Assembly: GCA_028534125.1 (NCBI GenBank) | Contig: CM052817.1 | Span: 17,486,001 to 17,550,000, forward strand | Length of the DNA stretch: 64,000 nucleotides | Origin: Lama glama | Lineage: Eukaryota | Direction of reading: 5' to 3' | Made by a program: the position numbers and the translations under genes | Shown: positions 11,781-24,311 of the stretch, piece by piece | Numbering within the stretch: the stretch's first letter is position 1 | Layout of the letters: each line of letters begins with the position of its first letter | The notes under the pieces: model-generated | What the model saw: the letters and a program-made list of their open reading frames with translations, nothing else | Told to the model about the DNA's origin: nothing | Databases searched by the model: none

Positions 11781-14309
11781 ATATTTATAACAAGTACCAA
11801 TGGGTGTTAGATAATTGAAGCCAGGAGACCTGCCATGTTGTAGTTAGTCGTAGGCCAGAGGAAACGCTTTGTTGGCGGGGCCCGTTTCCCATTCCTTTTG
11901 AGAGGGGCCACTTGGAAGGAACTCTTAGTTCTACTGCCAGTGCTAACCCACCACTGGGGCAGGGTACAAGGATCCCCAAGAGCCTGACGTAGGGGAAATA
12001 GAGACTGAAAAGTGTTCTATTTATTTTACAGTAATAATATTATGCTCCCAGCTTTGTGTCTTTGCTGTTTAGAGAAACTTTTTCTTCCTCAGTTCATGTT
12101 TTTCAGCGTCACAACTGAAAAGTATTTCTTGTCTTTGGGAGCTGTGTGTTCCCTTGTCCTACCTTTGGTCACGGGAGATGGAGAAGGTAGCTGTGGCTGG
12201 AGGACAGAAAGCCTGATCTTCTCTGCTCTTAATGCCAGAGGTAAAACTATGACCAAGACCTGGTCCAGGCCAGAACAGTCAGGCTACCAGGTGGTATCAT
12301 TTAAGACAGAAAAACCCAGTGCATTTGAAAATGAACTTGAATGTGTCTTATGTGAGGCAGGGGGACAAGATTTCTTTTCCAAGCAATAGATCAATTGGTC
12401 AATGGATCAACTGATCAACAAGCTTTCTCCCAAAGGCAAGAGATACTTCTATTACCAATCGTTTGGGGTCAGGAAAAGGACAGGGTCTTAGTCTAGAGAG
12501 CAGGAAACTTTCCTCTTCTCTTAGGGCCAAAGGGCAGTTGGACTTGTACTGTGATGGAAGAAGACACCGGGGAAGTGTTGTTCTTGGGGAAGTTCATGGT
12601 CACTAGCACCATTTTGGGAACAGGAGTGCCATGGTCCCATGTTGCCTGTAGTTCTGTCAGGAAGGTAGAGACACTGAGCTCAAGCAGTCGTCATAAAGCC
12701 CTCTCTGGTTTGTGATCCCATGGTCCTAAACCTCAACAAAACCTTACAGGAAGAATTTAGTGGTGGGGCAAATTTAGCAGAGAATCGTCCCCTCTTAGAC
12801 TAGGGGTCTCAGGAGCAGCCACCAACAGAGAAGCTGGTAGAGGGAACCAAAGAGGCCTTCCTGGAGGAGGTGGTGCTGGGCTAAATTATCAATCAGGTTT
12901 TACTGCTGAGCCAAATGTTTGCGGATGGATTTAGAGGCCATTACTGACCCCACAGTCCCTCCCATGATCCTCAGAATTGACACCTCCAGGTGCCTCGCAA
13001 GGATCATTTTAAGGTCTAGAAATTCTGACCCCCCAACCCTCTCAGGCCTGCTGTGGACTGGATCTCTTTCCCCTCCTCGTGCAGGGCTATTTTCCCCTGG
13101 CCTTGGCTTTCCCTTTGGCAAAATATGGCATTCTCTCACCGCACATCCTGACACACGCTCAGAAATGACAGGGTTCTTGTGAGGCCAGCCTGCCAGGAGC
13201 GAGGTTTGCCAAAGCTGTACTAGAGCCAAGCGGGTGGATTGCGAGTGAGCAACAGGACTGCACTCAACCCGGTTCCAGGCTGGAAGGTGAAGCAGCCTCC
13301 CAGCGATTTCCTCCAACCTCAGAAGCCAGTTACTTGGTGGCTGGCAGTTCACATGAGGTCCCCCTGACATCTCCAATCAGGAATGCAGCTTGCTGGGGAC
13401 TTGGAAGCAAAGAGCAGGGAAGTCATTAGTCGGCAGGACCATCAGCATGTCCCCAGGGACCTCAGTCTTCCTTAGTGAGCAATGGATCTGCCCTCGGCTT
13501 GCTCTCAGCTGAGCATCGTGAGGCTCATGTAGGGGTGGACGTGGGCCTTCCGGGACCCTTTGACCACCTGAGACCTGGCAGAGCAACTCAACCTTGTCTT
13601 TAAACCCATAAATCCTTGGATCTGACAATGAAAAGGAAGAAAATGTGGCTGAAGGCAGATCCGTAGTTGCAGTTTGCTGACTCTGCCAACGTTCATGGTT
13701 TGCAAACATTATTTGGTAAACAGATACAAAGATGGGATCAGGGAGGGGCTGGGAGCTCTACTTTTGACCTCAGAGCATCCTTGTTCCTGATGCAAGTCCC
13801 TGCTCTTGACCCTGAGCTTGGCTCCAGATACATCTTTATGTCCTCTAATACGTCCCTGCCACGGTCTGACTGACAACTCCTGCTGGCTGCTACCCCCCAA
13901 CCAGGGCTGGCTTGGCTCGACATGCAAGGGGTGCTCTGGTTTTTGGCTGGGAATATGTTCATCCCGCTGGGGGCTAGAAGGCACTAGAACAATGCTTCTT
14001 AAACTTTAATGCGCAGGGCTCTTGTTAAAACGTGATTCAGCTGGGTGAATCCCAAGATTCTGCATTTCTAGGAAGCCCCCAGGTGGTGCTGATGCTGCCT
14101 CAGCACGGCGCCACATCGAGAAAGAAAGTGCCAGAAGGCCCTGCAGTTACTGCTCTGGAGTCAGGACTTGAAATTTTCAGAAACAGGGATCCAAGGAGCG
14201 CCCTTGTGACAATGATCAGCTGACTCTCCGCTGGGGCCACCTAACCCCCACCAGCAAGGCCCAGCCCTGCCGGAAGCTTGGAGACTCAATTTTTTTTAAA
14301 TGTTATTTA

Positions 14310-15045
14310 TTTATTTTTAATTAAAGCATAGTCGATTTACAGTGTTGTGTTAATTTCTGGTGTACAGCTAGTGATTAATTTATACGTATATATGTATTCC
14401 TTTTCATATTCTTTTTCATTATAAGCCACTACAAGGTTTTAAATATAGTTCCCTGTGCTATACTGTAGGACTCTGTTGTTTATCTGGTTTTATATATAGT
14501 AGTTAGTATCTAATAATCCCAAACTCCCAATTTATTCCTTCCCATCTTCTCTCCCCCAGTAATCATAAGTTTGTTTTCTATGTCTGTGAGTCTATCTCTG
14601 TTTTGTAAATAATTCATGTCTCTTTTTTTTTTTAAGATTCCACAGATAAGTGATATTACATGGTATTTTTCTTTCTTTTTTCTGGCTTACTTCACTTAGT
14701 ATGACAATCTTGAGGTCAATCCATGTTGCTGCACATGGCATTATTTTATTCTTTTTTATGGCTGAGTAGTATTCCATTGTATAAATATACCACAACTTCT
14801 TTATCCAGTCATCTGTTGATGAACACTTAGGTTGCTTCCCCATCTTGGCTATTGTAAATAGTGCTGCTGTGAACAATTGAGGTGCATGTATTTTTTTGGA
14901 TTGAAGTTTTCTCTGGATATATACCCAGGAGTGGGATTACTGAATCATAGCATAATTCTATTTTCAGGTTTTAAAGGAATCTCCATATGTTTTCCATAAT
15001 GGCTGCACTAAACTACATTCCCACAAATAGTGTAGGAGGGGGTAC
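14310..15045 (-). mobile_element. 5'-truncated L1 with ORF2 C-terminal remnant and camelid-type 3' UTR
   Basis: ORF 14592-14876 (-) reads MFTAALFTIAK...PKCSSTDDWIKKLWYIYTMEYYSAIKKNKIMPCAATWIDL...LSEVSQ, the L1 ORF2p C-terminus. Confidence 0.95.
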
Positions 15046-16047
15046 CCAATCTCTTAAGAGGTACATAAGATCTGTGTTCAGTTGAGCTCTTAGGGGCCAG
15101 TATTCCCCTTTGCCCATTCTGATCTGTCCTGTCAGTGTTGGATTCCCCTTTGCATCCTCCCAGCTTCCAGGGCTGACCTGTCTCTCTGGAATGCCCAGTC
15201 AACTCATGGCAGCACAAATGAAGAGAGATCTCCTCCCGACTCCTTCAGATTCAGTGCCAGTGTCACATTTCTCGGACCCAACTGAAAGAGTAACCTCCTC
15301 TTCTTGGCCATTCCTCTGACCTGGATCACAGAAGCATGACATCTGTCATAGTGCGATTGTGATTACGCATCTACGTAACTGTCACTTCTGCGATCCTTGA
15401 GGGCAGGGAAAACTAACGCAGCACCTGGTGCATGTCATGCATTTGTTGAGCCAACTATGCTGTTATTCCTGGTCTCTCTTTCTCAGAAGGCCCCTCCCTC
15501 GCTTCCTTGGAGACATTTCTAGGTTATACAGCTCCAGTTTTCTCCAATCTCCACCCTCCCTGTTCAGGGGAGTTAAAGACACTGATTCTCAAACTTGGCT
15601 GTGCTTTAGAATTAATGAGGGTATTTTTAAAATACTGACTCTAACCCTCAGAGATTCTGACTTATTTAATCTGGAGTGTGGCCTGGGCATCAGGATTTGT
15701 AAAAACTCCTCAATGATCCTAATGTGCAGACAAGTTTGAAGGCCATTGGGAGGCAGGCATTTTCGGTCAACATCCAGCACCTCAGCCTCGAGTCAGCCCT
15801 GCTGTCTGGCCCCTTCTAATCATGGGTTCCCCACTGCTGGCCAATAAGCTCTTCCACTGGGCTTGAAACTAAGCTCCTTCTGGTGAAGGTGGCAGTGGGA
15901 CTCCATGGATAGGGAGCTAGCGGCTGACATAAGACTGACCTGGGTTCAAATCCCAGCCCCACCAGTGAGCTAGAGATTTGACTTGAGACAATTTTCTCAG
16001 TCTCTCTGAGCCTTGATTACCTAACCAATAACATGGGATAATGGTCT

Positions 16048-16450
16048 CTTAGTCATCTTCTACTGGGTAATGAACCATCCTCGAAATTTAGTGGCTGAAA
16101 GCATGACATTTAAGCTTTCTCGCAATTCTGTGGGATGGCTGGGCGTTCTTCTGGTCTGGACTGGCTCTGCTGGGGCTGGATGGCCTAGGATGGCCTGCTC
16201 AGATGTCCAGCAGTTGACTGGATGTCTGCCTGGGTGATGGAGGTGGCTTGGCTGGTGTCTGCGCCCCCACCACCCAGCAGGCCAGCCCGAGGTGGTTCAC
16301 AGGGTGACGGTCATGGGGTTCTGAGATGCTGCCACATCGTACTTTTCATTCCTCTTTTTGCTAACATTCCTTTGCTCAAAGTTAGTTCAAGGCCAGTCTA
16401 GAGTCAGTGGGGGAGAAAAAACCAAAGGACAGGGCTCTGCTTACTGTAAC
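16048..16450 (-). mobile_element. MLT1G/H-like MaLR LTR (preceded by a MIR at ~15910-16045)
   Basis: 'aatttagtggctgaaagca...caattctgtgggatggctgggcgttcttctggtctgg...ctggatggcctaggatggcct'. Confidence 0.7.
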
Positions 16451-18179
16451 TGTGTATAATTCAAAAATGAAATATAGAATGAAAGCTCCACTGGCACTCC
16501 AGCTCCAGCAATTGGTCTTTTCCTTAGTGCTCTTGTGACTGGTGGTAATGGTAATAATGGCCCAATATATATGGACCCCCAGAAGTTAAGTCACTGACAA
16601 CAGTTTTGTTTCTTTGACTTGCAGGCCGTAATTTTTGTTGCAGGTGTTTCTTTGCAGGTTAGGTTATTCATTCATCTCAGTGAAAATTTTTAAATGAGTG
16701 AAAGTGCACCCTCCCCCTTCCTCCCAGGATTTTTATCATCCACTGGGAGAGGCATGCTGGTAAATGGAACCCAGAAGTCAACATGAACTTCAGATTGATG
16801 TCTGCAAGTGTCTTCGCCGCTTTCGCCTGTGTCAACCTGCACACAGAAATCCTTCCCCTTCAGAATTCCACACTAGACAAACACGTTTGTGAACAATGGA
16901 AATTTTACTGGAGGCTTCACTAGGGAAACAAAAAAAGGGGCACCTGGTACCCATCACAGTCATCAGCTTAAACAACCCATCTGGATGTTTCTGTTCTTCG
17001 AAGTTCCTCCTCTATTGCTCACCTCCAGGGGCGTTTTATCCACCACCACCCCTTCCCTGGAGCAGCCCCCCAGCCTCACTAACTTCCTTCCTCCTCTTGC
17101 CAGAATCTTTTGCAGAAGTGCTGCTCCTCTTTGTCATGCAAGACACCACAGCTCCCTCTCTCATCTCCTCCACATCAAAATATTTCTTCTTCTTTTATTT
17201 GCAAAATTAGACCAACCCAGCTTAGAATTCAGGGTAGGAACTATCTTGTGTACTCGACCACGTACTTTGAGATCTTATCCCTCGCCTCATCACAAAGGAC
17301 TTACCAAGTTATTTATTCTGGTGTCTTCCCCAAGGAGACTTTTGTGAGTAAAACCCTTCTTCTTCTTCTTCTTACAACTGCTTCTAATACCAGGCATTTT
17401 GAGTTTCCTGCAAGAGCAACAGGAAAGAGTGATACTTTCTAATGGAAGCATGACGGAAGGCTTCCTGGAGGAGGTGACATTTGAACCAACCTCTGATGAA
17501 ACTCCTTTGAGAAGGACAGCCATTAGTTTCAAAATGAATGATTTTAAAATGTGTTCGTCTTTCTGATCACTTAGCCAATTCCTCAGGCCCTGTTCCATCT
17601 TTGTGTGCCATCTTCCACCCCATCCTGATAGTCACTCTTAACGAGTCTTGGAGAAAGGGAGTTAACATGAGTTCCTTTTCTAGATAGTCACCAGGAGGGG
17701 ACAAGAGGCCCAAGTTCCCACCTACTCATGGCATATGAGACATGGAAAAAAAACATTGGCCTTACAGTTTCAATTGCTCCCCCAAATTGTCCATGTGTCA
17801 TTGGTTACTTCGGTTTTTGTTTGGCAGGGATTTATTGTTGCTGTTTTTCACATGCCTTGGATCTAGACTAATCTTGGCACTTAGATGTCCCCCTGGCCTC
17901 ACAGAATAAGATGCCTGGAATTTGTCATCAGAATAAGCCAAGGACTGCAAAGAAATTCCTCAGTAATTACTACATTATTTTATTCTTTGTGTCAAAAATG
18001 AGTTAGGTGAGAGAATTCATTCATCTCTTACTACACTGTGAGGGACAGAGGTCATTTTTCTCATAGGACTCAGGGCTAAAGTGGATGGTCTTCTAGACTT
18101 CCCTGCCACCGTTAGCTGAAACTGAAATTCACCAGAAAAAACATCTTCTTTTTGAGAAGATCATTTCCTGAAACAAAAA

Positions 18180-18690
18180 CATGAGTGCTAGTCCACTTGG
18201 CAGATGCAAAACTTTAATTTCCCACAGAAATTGTTCATACAAAAGAAAAGTCCACGGTAGAATGGTCTTCAGTCATGGCTGGATCCAGGTGCTCAGATGA
18301 TGTTGTATGAGTTCTTACTCTTTTGATCACTCAGCTCTGCTCTTCTTCTTGTCAGACTAGCTCTCCCCACATGGTGTCATTGTGACCATCAACAGCTTCA
18401 GACTTCATTCTGCCACCTTTGGAGAAATAAATGTGCTTCTTTCCCAGTAGTCTTTGCAAAAATCCCAGCCTTGTGTCTCCATAACCTAAACTGGATTTTA
18501 TGTCCATCCCTACACCAATTTTGGTGACTCTTAATTGGCCAGGCCTTGATCACACACTCCTGAAACAAGGTGAGTGAGGCAAACCCCAACCAGACTACCG
18601 GCACTAAAATTTGGAGGAGGACTGATTCTCCAAAGAAAAACTTGGTGCTAAAAGAAGGGACAATGCCTGGGCAAAACCCAGAGCTGTCAT
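18180..18690 (-). mobile_element. MLT1K-like MaLR LTR
   Basis: 'cttcagtcatggctggatccaggtgctcagatgatgt...ttggccaggcctt'. Confidence 0.65.
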
Positions 18691-20372
18691 TACAATGGAA
18701 TGCCTACTTAATGGTGAAATGAGTAAAAGAAAGAAAAAGGAAGGAAGCTGGTAGGATGTGGGCAAGGAGCAGGGGACAGGTCTATACTAAGCGAATTCAA
18801 GTTGGCAGGCCTGATTTTCAAACCAATGGCATTGATTGTTGGTAAAAGCGATTATATCTCAAGACCTAGATATTTCTTTTTTAATTTCATCTGTGTCCAG
18901 TAATAGCTGACGTTCATGAATGTCACTGTCAACTGGGATTGTTGGTCGATGCCAGGCAGCCGGGTAAGCAAACAGCTGTCCATCAAAACTGAAGGAAAGA
19001 GGTTCAAATCCAAGGCAGAGAGAAGTCAGGAACTTGGCCCGTGTGGTGCACCATGAGGGAAGGAGGGGAGGAGGAGAAACCTCGGCAATTTGTTTTTAAT
19101 ATTTTGCTTGTTCTGGATATGAGGAAAGCTGCATATATTGGCTTCTGACTAATGAAAACAGAGGGGGAGCCAGGCTGGAAACCTGGCCGGGTTTCCTCGC
19201 ACAATTAGGTTTGTTTGTTTAGGTCTCTTTTTATTTGTTTTCAGATGACTCAGATAGGAATACTGCAGGCCTTTCAAAGCGAAGTGTTCTTCTGTGTATT
19301 TTGGGTCCAGGGCTTCGCCAAGTGCAGAAAGCTTTGGCTCCCTGAGGTTATTTTCCTATCCAAGGGTTTTTCAAACGTTCAAGTGGAGCTGGAAGAATGC
19401 CGTTGTGAGCCAGGTTATTTTTCTTAGCAGACCCCAGCCTGGGGTTGCAGGGGGGACAGGCATCCCAAACATATAAACACAAAAGTCCCCATACGGCGCA
19501 CAGGGCACCCATTGTGCGATCTCTGGCGTGGCCTCCGCTGATGGCTTTGCCGTCTGTGCACTTAGCCCTCGCTGGAAACCTCTTCATGAGTCGGCCTCCT
19601 TCTCTCCAGAAACCGGTCCAGAGAGGGACTCTCCAATCTCTCTGTATCTATAAACCTTTCAGCTTTGAAGACTCTCTGCTTTCATTGCTGAGGGTTGAAG
19701 TCTGACATCTCCGGTGAAATGCAGAGATATTTACAATCTGGGAAACTGCCAAGCGACTGGCTGAGCTCCTCTGTCTAAGGGGAGCGACTTCACAGGGATG
19801 GTTTGCTCCTGGCCGGTTGACCCCGAGTCCAGGGCGTGGGGAATAGCCTTGGGAGGCGCCGGGCAGTAGCCTCTCTACCCTTCCTGGATGAGCAAAATGC
19901 AGCTGAGGCAATGGCGAGACCACTCCAGGGTCCCTTCTTGGAGGCTTCCTTCCAGTAACTCTGCCTTGGCGTGATGAGTCAGAGGACAGAGACGGCCAAA
20001 GTGGTCCTGGTTGTTTTCAAATGCTAAGAGCTTATATAGGCGGCAGGAGCAGGTTTCCTAAATTCTTTGGAAGCTGGGTCCCAGCCTAAGAATCTCTGAC
20101 GATCAGTCTCCCCTGCCCAGCTGCCTACGTTAAATGGAGAAGACCCGCCAACGTGTTGGCCGGAGAAGTACCTTCATAGTGAGTCACTGCAGTGAAACTT
20201 CTATTAACCAAGATTTGGTTGTTCAGTGCTTCTCTCCCTCTGAATGGGTCTGTAAATTTTTCTGCTTTTAAGACTCTTCCTTCAGAGTTTGAAGTTTGAA
20301 ATCTCCTGAAGCTTTTAGGAGGAAGACGTATTCTATTGAAATTCATACATTTCAGGAATTTCTTTTCAAAGC

Positions 20373-20830
20373 ACTGTCTTCTAGAGCTAGACCCTGGGGT
20401 CAAACGAAATTCTGCCCCATCTCCTACATCTGCTACTGCAACCTTGGCTGGGCCACGACAGGTGGTGTTGGAACCTGGGCCCATGTCTCAGAGGATTTGG
20501 GTGCAGGTCATTTAGGGGGAGGTGAGCCCAGAAAGCATACGAGGGAGAGGGGAGGTGACTGGGCATCTGGAGCTCAGCCCTCTGGGGTCCCTGTGAGAGG
20601 CTGTGTGGAATATGACTCAGATGGTCCCACTGACGGGCAAGCAAGCTGCCCTGTTGGAGGTTTGCTCCTGGCGGGCTAACTCCCTGGCACTTCCAAGCAC
20701 ACTCCCGCAGCCAGGGAATGTCCTCAGGCAGAGAGAGACATGAAGCCCTGGGCCAGCGTGGAACCCTCTGGAGGCCACTTCCGGGGTAGGTTGAGGGGCT
20801 ATGGAAGGGGCACCGGCCTGTCTACAGCAT
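20373..20830 (-). mobile_element. LTR16-like ERVL LTR
   Basis: 'gaggatttgggtgcaggtcatttagggggaggtgagcccagaaagca...gggcaccggcctgtctaca'. Confidence 0.6.
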
Positions 20831-21593
20831 CCACTGTACCCAAAGTTGACATAAGGAAGGGCTCAGTCATCCGAAAAACAGGACCGTTTCCACTCAAGGG
20901 TGTTTACTAAGTCAGAAAGGTGGATGGATACAAATACCCGCTGGCATGAATTCAAATGACAAAGGCTGAAAAGCGGAAGGTTTTGGTTCCACTCTCGGTT
21001 TGCTGTTTGGCCACTTATTTAGCAGAAGTTTACGGGCTGCCTACCCGAGTCAGGCTCTGCGCTCGGTGCCGGGGCTCAGCAGGGCAGAAGCCAGGCTCCG
21101 GCTCTGCCTCAGGAGACTGTAGCCTAGTGGGGGATACAGACAAGCAAAGAGTTAATGCGAGGGAGCGGGACAGCGGCCTGGAGGGGCCTCCGGTCTAGCT
21201 AGTAAGGTCAGGTGTCCCTTCCTTAACAAGGGAGGGGAACTTTGTTGCAGTGAGAAATTGCATGTGAGAATGCCTGGAGGCACCAGGGCGGGCATACAAA
21301 GAGTCAGGGCTGTTCTCCAGTAGGTGGTGAGTGGGAGTGGTGCCTGATAAAGCTGGATACCAACCGAGACCAGATCATACAGGACCCTGGCAGCCCCGCC
21401 ACTGTGTTTCTGCTGTACACCAGAGCAATGAGGAATGGCTTTGTATTATTATTGCTATTATTTAAGTAACATTTACTTCTTTGTTTCATTGTCCCTTGAA
21501 TCCCGTCTCTTCCTTCTGAATTCAAGTTCCTTCTTCCTAAAGGCCATCTTTTATTAATTTTTCACTGATGACTGTGAGTAGTGAACTCTTTCA

Positions 21594-22682
21594 GTCAAGG
21601 GCGGATTCAGTTTTCTTGGGGCCTGAAGTTTATGCAATTTGGGGCCCTCTTTAAGAAAAACATTACAAACTATAAAAACAAGATTAAGAATGAAAGTAAA
21701 TATTGACAATAAGAAAAAAAATCTCGACAGTTTAGAAAGCTGACAAATAAAACAAACATCATAAAATCTAGAAAAACAACTTTTTAAATTAATTAACTGT
21801 AATTTTTTTCTAACTTCTCCTCGTGATGGTGGCTCTGGAATGACCATGGGTCTTTTGGGGATTTGAGTAGGAGGAAGATGAGTTGGCCTACATTTACTTT
21901 GGGTTTCATGGGCTATTTTAGGTGGTTTGCAGTCATCTCCATGTATAATTTAGTTATTGTGGGGTGTACAGATTTTAGAATGACTTCCAGAAATACTCCT
22001 ACCATCCACATGCTGCCTTGCCTGGCACACAGTGTCAGAGGTTGGATGGAGATGCAAAAAATCCTACAATACCTGGCACCAAAAATATGTAGGTGCTCGA
22101 GAAACAAGGTTTACAATGTTTAGAGCCATTGGTAAGTTTACAGACTGTGGAAAATTCTTCTAATATCAGAAATGTAAAACTGTAAGTGGGGGGGTTCATT
22201 ATTATTCAATGTCTGGTCAAAATGGAAGTTTTATTCCATCAAGAATGTATTTGAAGAATATGAAGACGAATATATGTATGTATATGCAGGACTGGGACAT
22301 TGTGCTGTACACCAGAAATTGACACATTGTAACTGACTACTTCAGTCTAAAAAATTTTTTTAATTAAAAAATTGAGTTAAAATATATTTGAGAATGCAGT
22401 GCATGCAATTATAAATACATTATATATTTACAACTCATCATATGAGAAAGAAATTTCATAGAGGTTTTTCCAAAGTTGATAACAATCCTAAACACTGATG
22501 TGCCATTACCAAAAAAGAGTTGTAAAGCTTAAAGAAAAAAATGTAAGTTATCAATAATGGAAAACAAATTTGATTAACCATGTTAGAGGAGAAAATGAAT
22601 TCTCTTTCTAGTCTGTCTACAGAAAATGATATTACAAAATTATCACATGAAGAGGTGATTAAAGAATATATAGCTAAAAGAA
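21594..22682. mobile_element. hAT-Tip100 Zaphod/MER115 DNA transposon fossil with a transposase C-terminal remnant, internally inverted
   Basis: Terminus 'caagggcggattcagttttcttggggcctgaagtttatgcaatttggggccctctttaagaaaaa'. Region 22455-22680 (+) encodes a decayed hAT dimerization domain: EVFPKLITIL...MLEEKMNSLSSLSTENDITKLSHEEVIKEYIAK. Confidence 0.85.
22255..22378 (+). mobile_element. Short camelid-type L1 3' end inside the Zaphod fossil
   Basis: 'aagaatatgaagacgaatatatgtatg...gactgggacattgtgctgtacaccagaaattgacacattgtaactgactacttca', flanked by the degenerate TSD aagaatgtatttga / aaaatatatttga. Confidence 0.85.
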
Positions 22683-23189
22683 TAAGTCTAAATGCAATAT
22701 GGTACCCCGGATTGGACCCTGGAATAGAGAGGGGACGTAAAGGAAAAATTGGTGAAATCAGTGAGTAAATGACTGGATACAATCACAGGATTATTGATGA
22801 TGTACAAGTTCAAGGATGCCAGGATGCTGTTGAAGCAACTATTTGAATATTTGAATTTCCAAAGGCCAAAGCTAAAGCTAGAGCTGAAGAGCAGTTATTG
22901 GCCAAGTACAGAGGCCAAAGCTCCACTTTGTTGCACCTCTTGACCAAACCCAGCCCCCTCCCACTAGGGCCCATTTAAGGTCCAACGATCACCCCCAGGA
23001 CGCCCATGGCATCAAGTCACGTGCTAACCACCCTGCACTAACCACTCATGCGTCAGCCACTCTCATTTTCTGTGTCCCTTTTGTTTTTGACACGAGAGTT
23101 TTTATCTTTCTATTTTTACAAACTCAGCTATATATTTAAATTTCTAGGTGTTTATACTTATATACATGGGTTTCCAAGTTAGTTTAGCT

Positions 23190-24090
23190 CACCAAGTCGC
23201 TGGGCTGGTTTTCAGCAGGAGAGCGGCACAGTGAAGGATGATTTAGAAGGTAATCCTGGCTACAGTATAGAGAATGGAGGTGTGGGGTAAAATAGAGACA
23301 AAGATCTGATGGAATTCAATTGCAGAGATGATAAAAGGGGATTTCAGTAGGAGGAATCAGAGCAGAGAAGGAGAGAAGTGGATGGATTGAGGCACTTTAG
23401 AGGGACAGGAACAGAACTTGGTGATAGAGTGGTTTTGATGGTAGGAGGAGGCGGGAGTCTAAGATGCACCCAGTGCAGGGGTGGGGGTGCAGCTGCGTGG
23501 ATGGTGCTGCCGTTTCTTGAAATAGAAACAGAAGAGGGGGAGAAGGAGGAGAAGTCCTGTAGGGAAGATGAAGAGTTCAGTGCCGAGTTTTAGATGACTG
23601 TGTGGCATCCAAGTGGACATCCCCAATTCACAGTATGAAATACAGGTCAGAAGCTCGGGAGAGAGAGGTGACCACCCCAAACATGTGGATTTGGGACTTG
23701 CAGTGGGCGTTAGCTCTATGTAAAGTGCTTAGAAGGGAGCCTAGTGCACAGTAAGCACCATGTAAGTGTGAGCTGTCACTCACAGTCTCTGGAGTGGAGG
23801 AGACAGGCATCAATCACATGCACTGATACAAACGTCCAACAGAGCTGAGCTGATGCAGGGAAAACGTGATGTGGTGAAGCCTGTAACAGGGGAATCTGAC
23901 ACAGACAGGAGAGTCAGGGAGGGCTTTCCTGAGGAAGTGGCACCTGACCAGAGACCTGAGGGATGAATAGAAGAAACTAGGCCACAAGAGGGAGAAAGAA
24001 CACTCCAGGCCAAGGGAACAGCAATGGCAGAGCTCTGTAGAGAAGGAGTTGTGGGCACATGTAAGCAGTTAACTGTTACTATGGCTGCGG
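23190..24090 (-). mobile_element. L2 LINE fragments (with a MIR piece at ~23700-23780)
   Basis: Purine-rich L2 antisense signatures such as 'gatgaagagttcagt...gagttttagatgactgtgtggcatccaagtggaca' and 'gtcagggagggctttcctgaggaagtggcacctga'. Confidence 0.75.
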
Positions 24091-24241
24091 GAGACCAGGG
24101 CAGCCTGTGCCTCTGGAAAGGCATGTCACCTCTCTGGGACAGTAGGCTAGAAAATATACAAGGTCCTCCTTTTACATCTTACATTCTGGAGTTCTGTGGT
24201 CCTTTTTTTAAAAAAAAAAAAGTTGCAAGATAATACTGGGT

Positions 24242-24311
24242 GGTGCTCTACATGTTCAGAGGAACTTCTCTAGTAATAAACTGTAGAAATGATTCCTGAA
24301 AGTATAGTCCT
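24242..24311 (-). pseudogene. SNORD3 (pseudogene fragment): U3 snoRNA (SNORD3) retropseudogene fragment covering the first ~70 nt only
   Basis: Reverse complement 'aggactatactttcaggaatcatttctacagtttattactagagaagttcctctgaacatgtagagcacc' matches the U3 5' end AAGACTATACTTTCAGGGATCATTTCTATAGTGTGTTACTAGAGAAGTTTCTCTGAACGTGTAGAGCACC. Confidence 0.93.

Noticed and set aside
14592..14876. ORF with clear protein similarity
   Set aside because: It is the C-terminal remnant of L1 ORF2p in a truncated element, not a host gene.
22580..22768. hAT dimerization-domain ORF as a domesticated transposase
   Set aside because: The upstream frame has stops and frameshifts, an L1 insertion and large deletions; this is a fossil only.
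24242..24311. Functional U3 snoRNA gene
   Set aside because: It lacks the 3' two-thirds of U3 (boxes B, C, D) and has no evident snRNA-type promoter.
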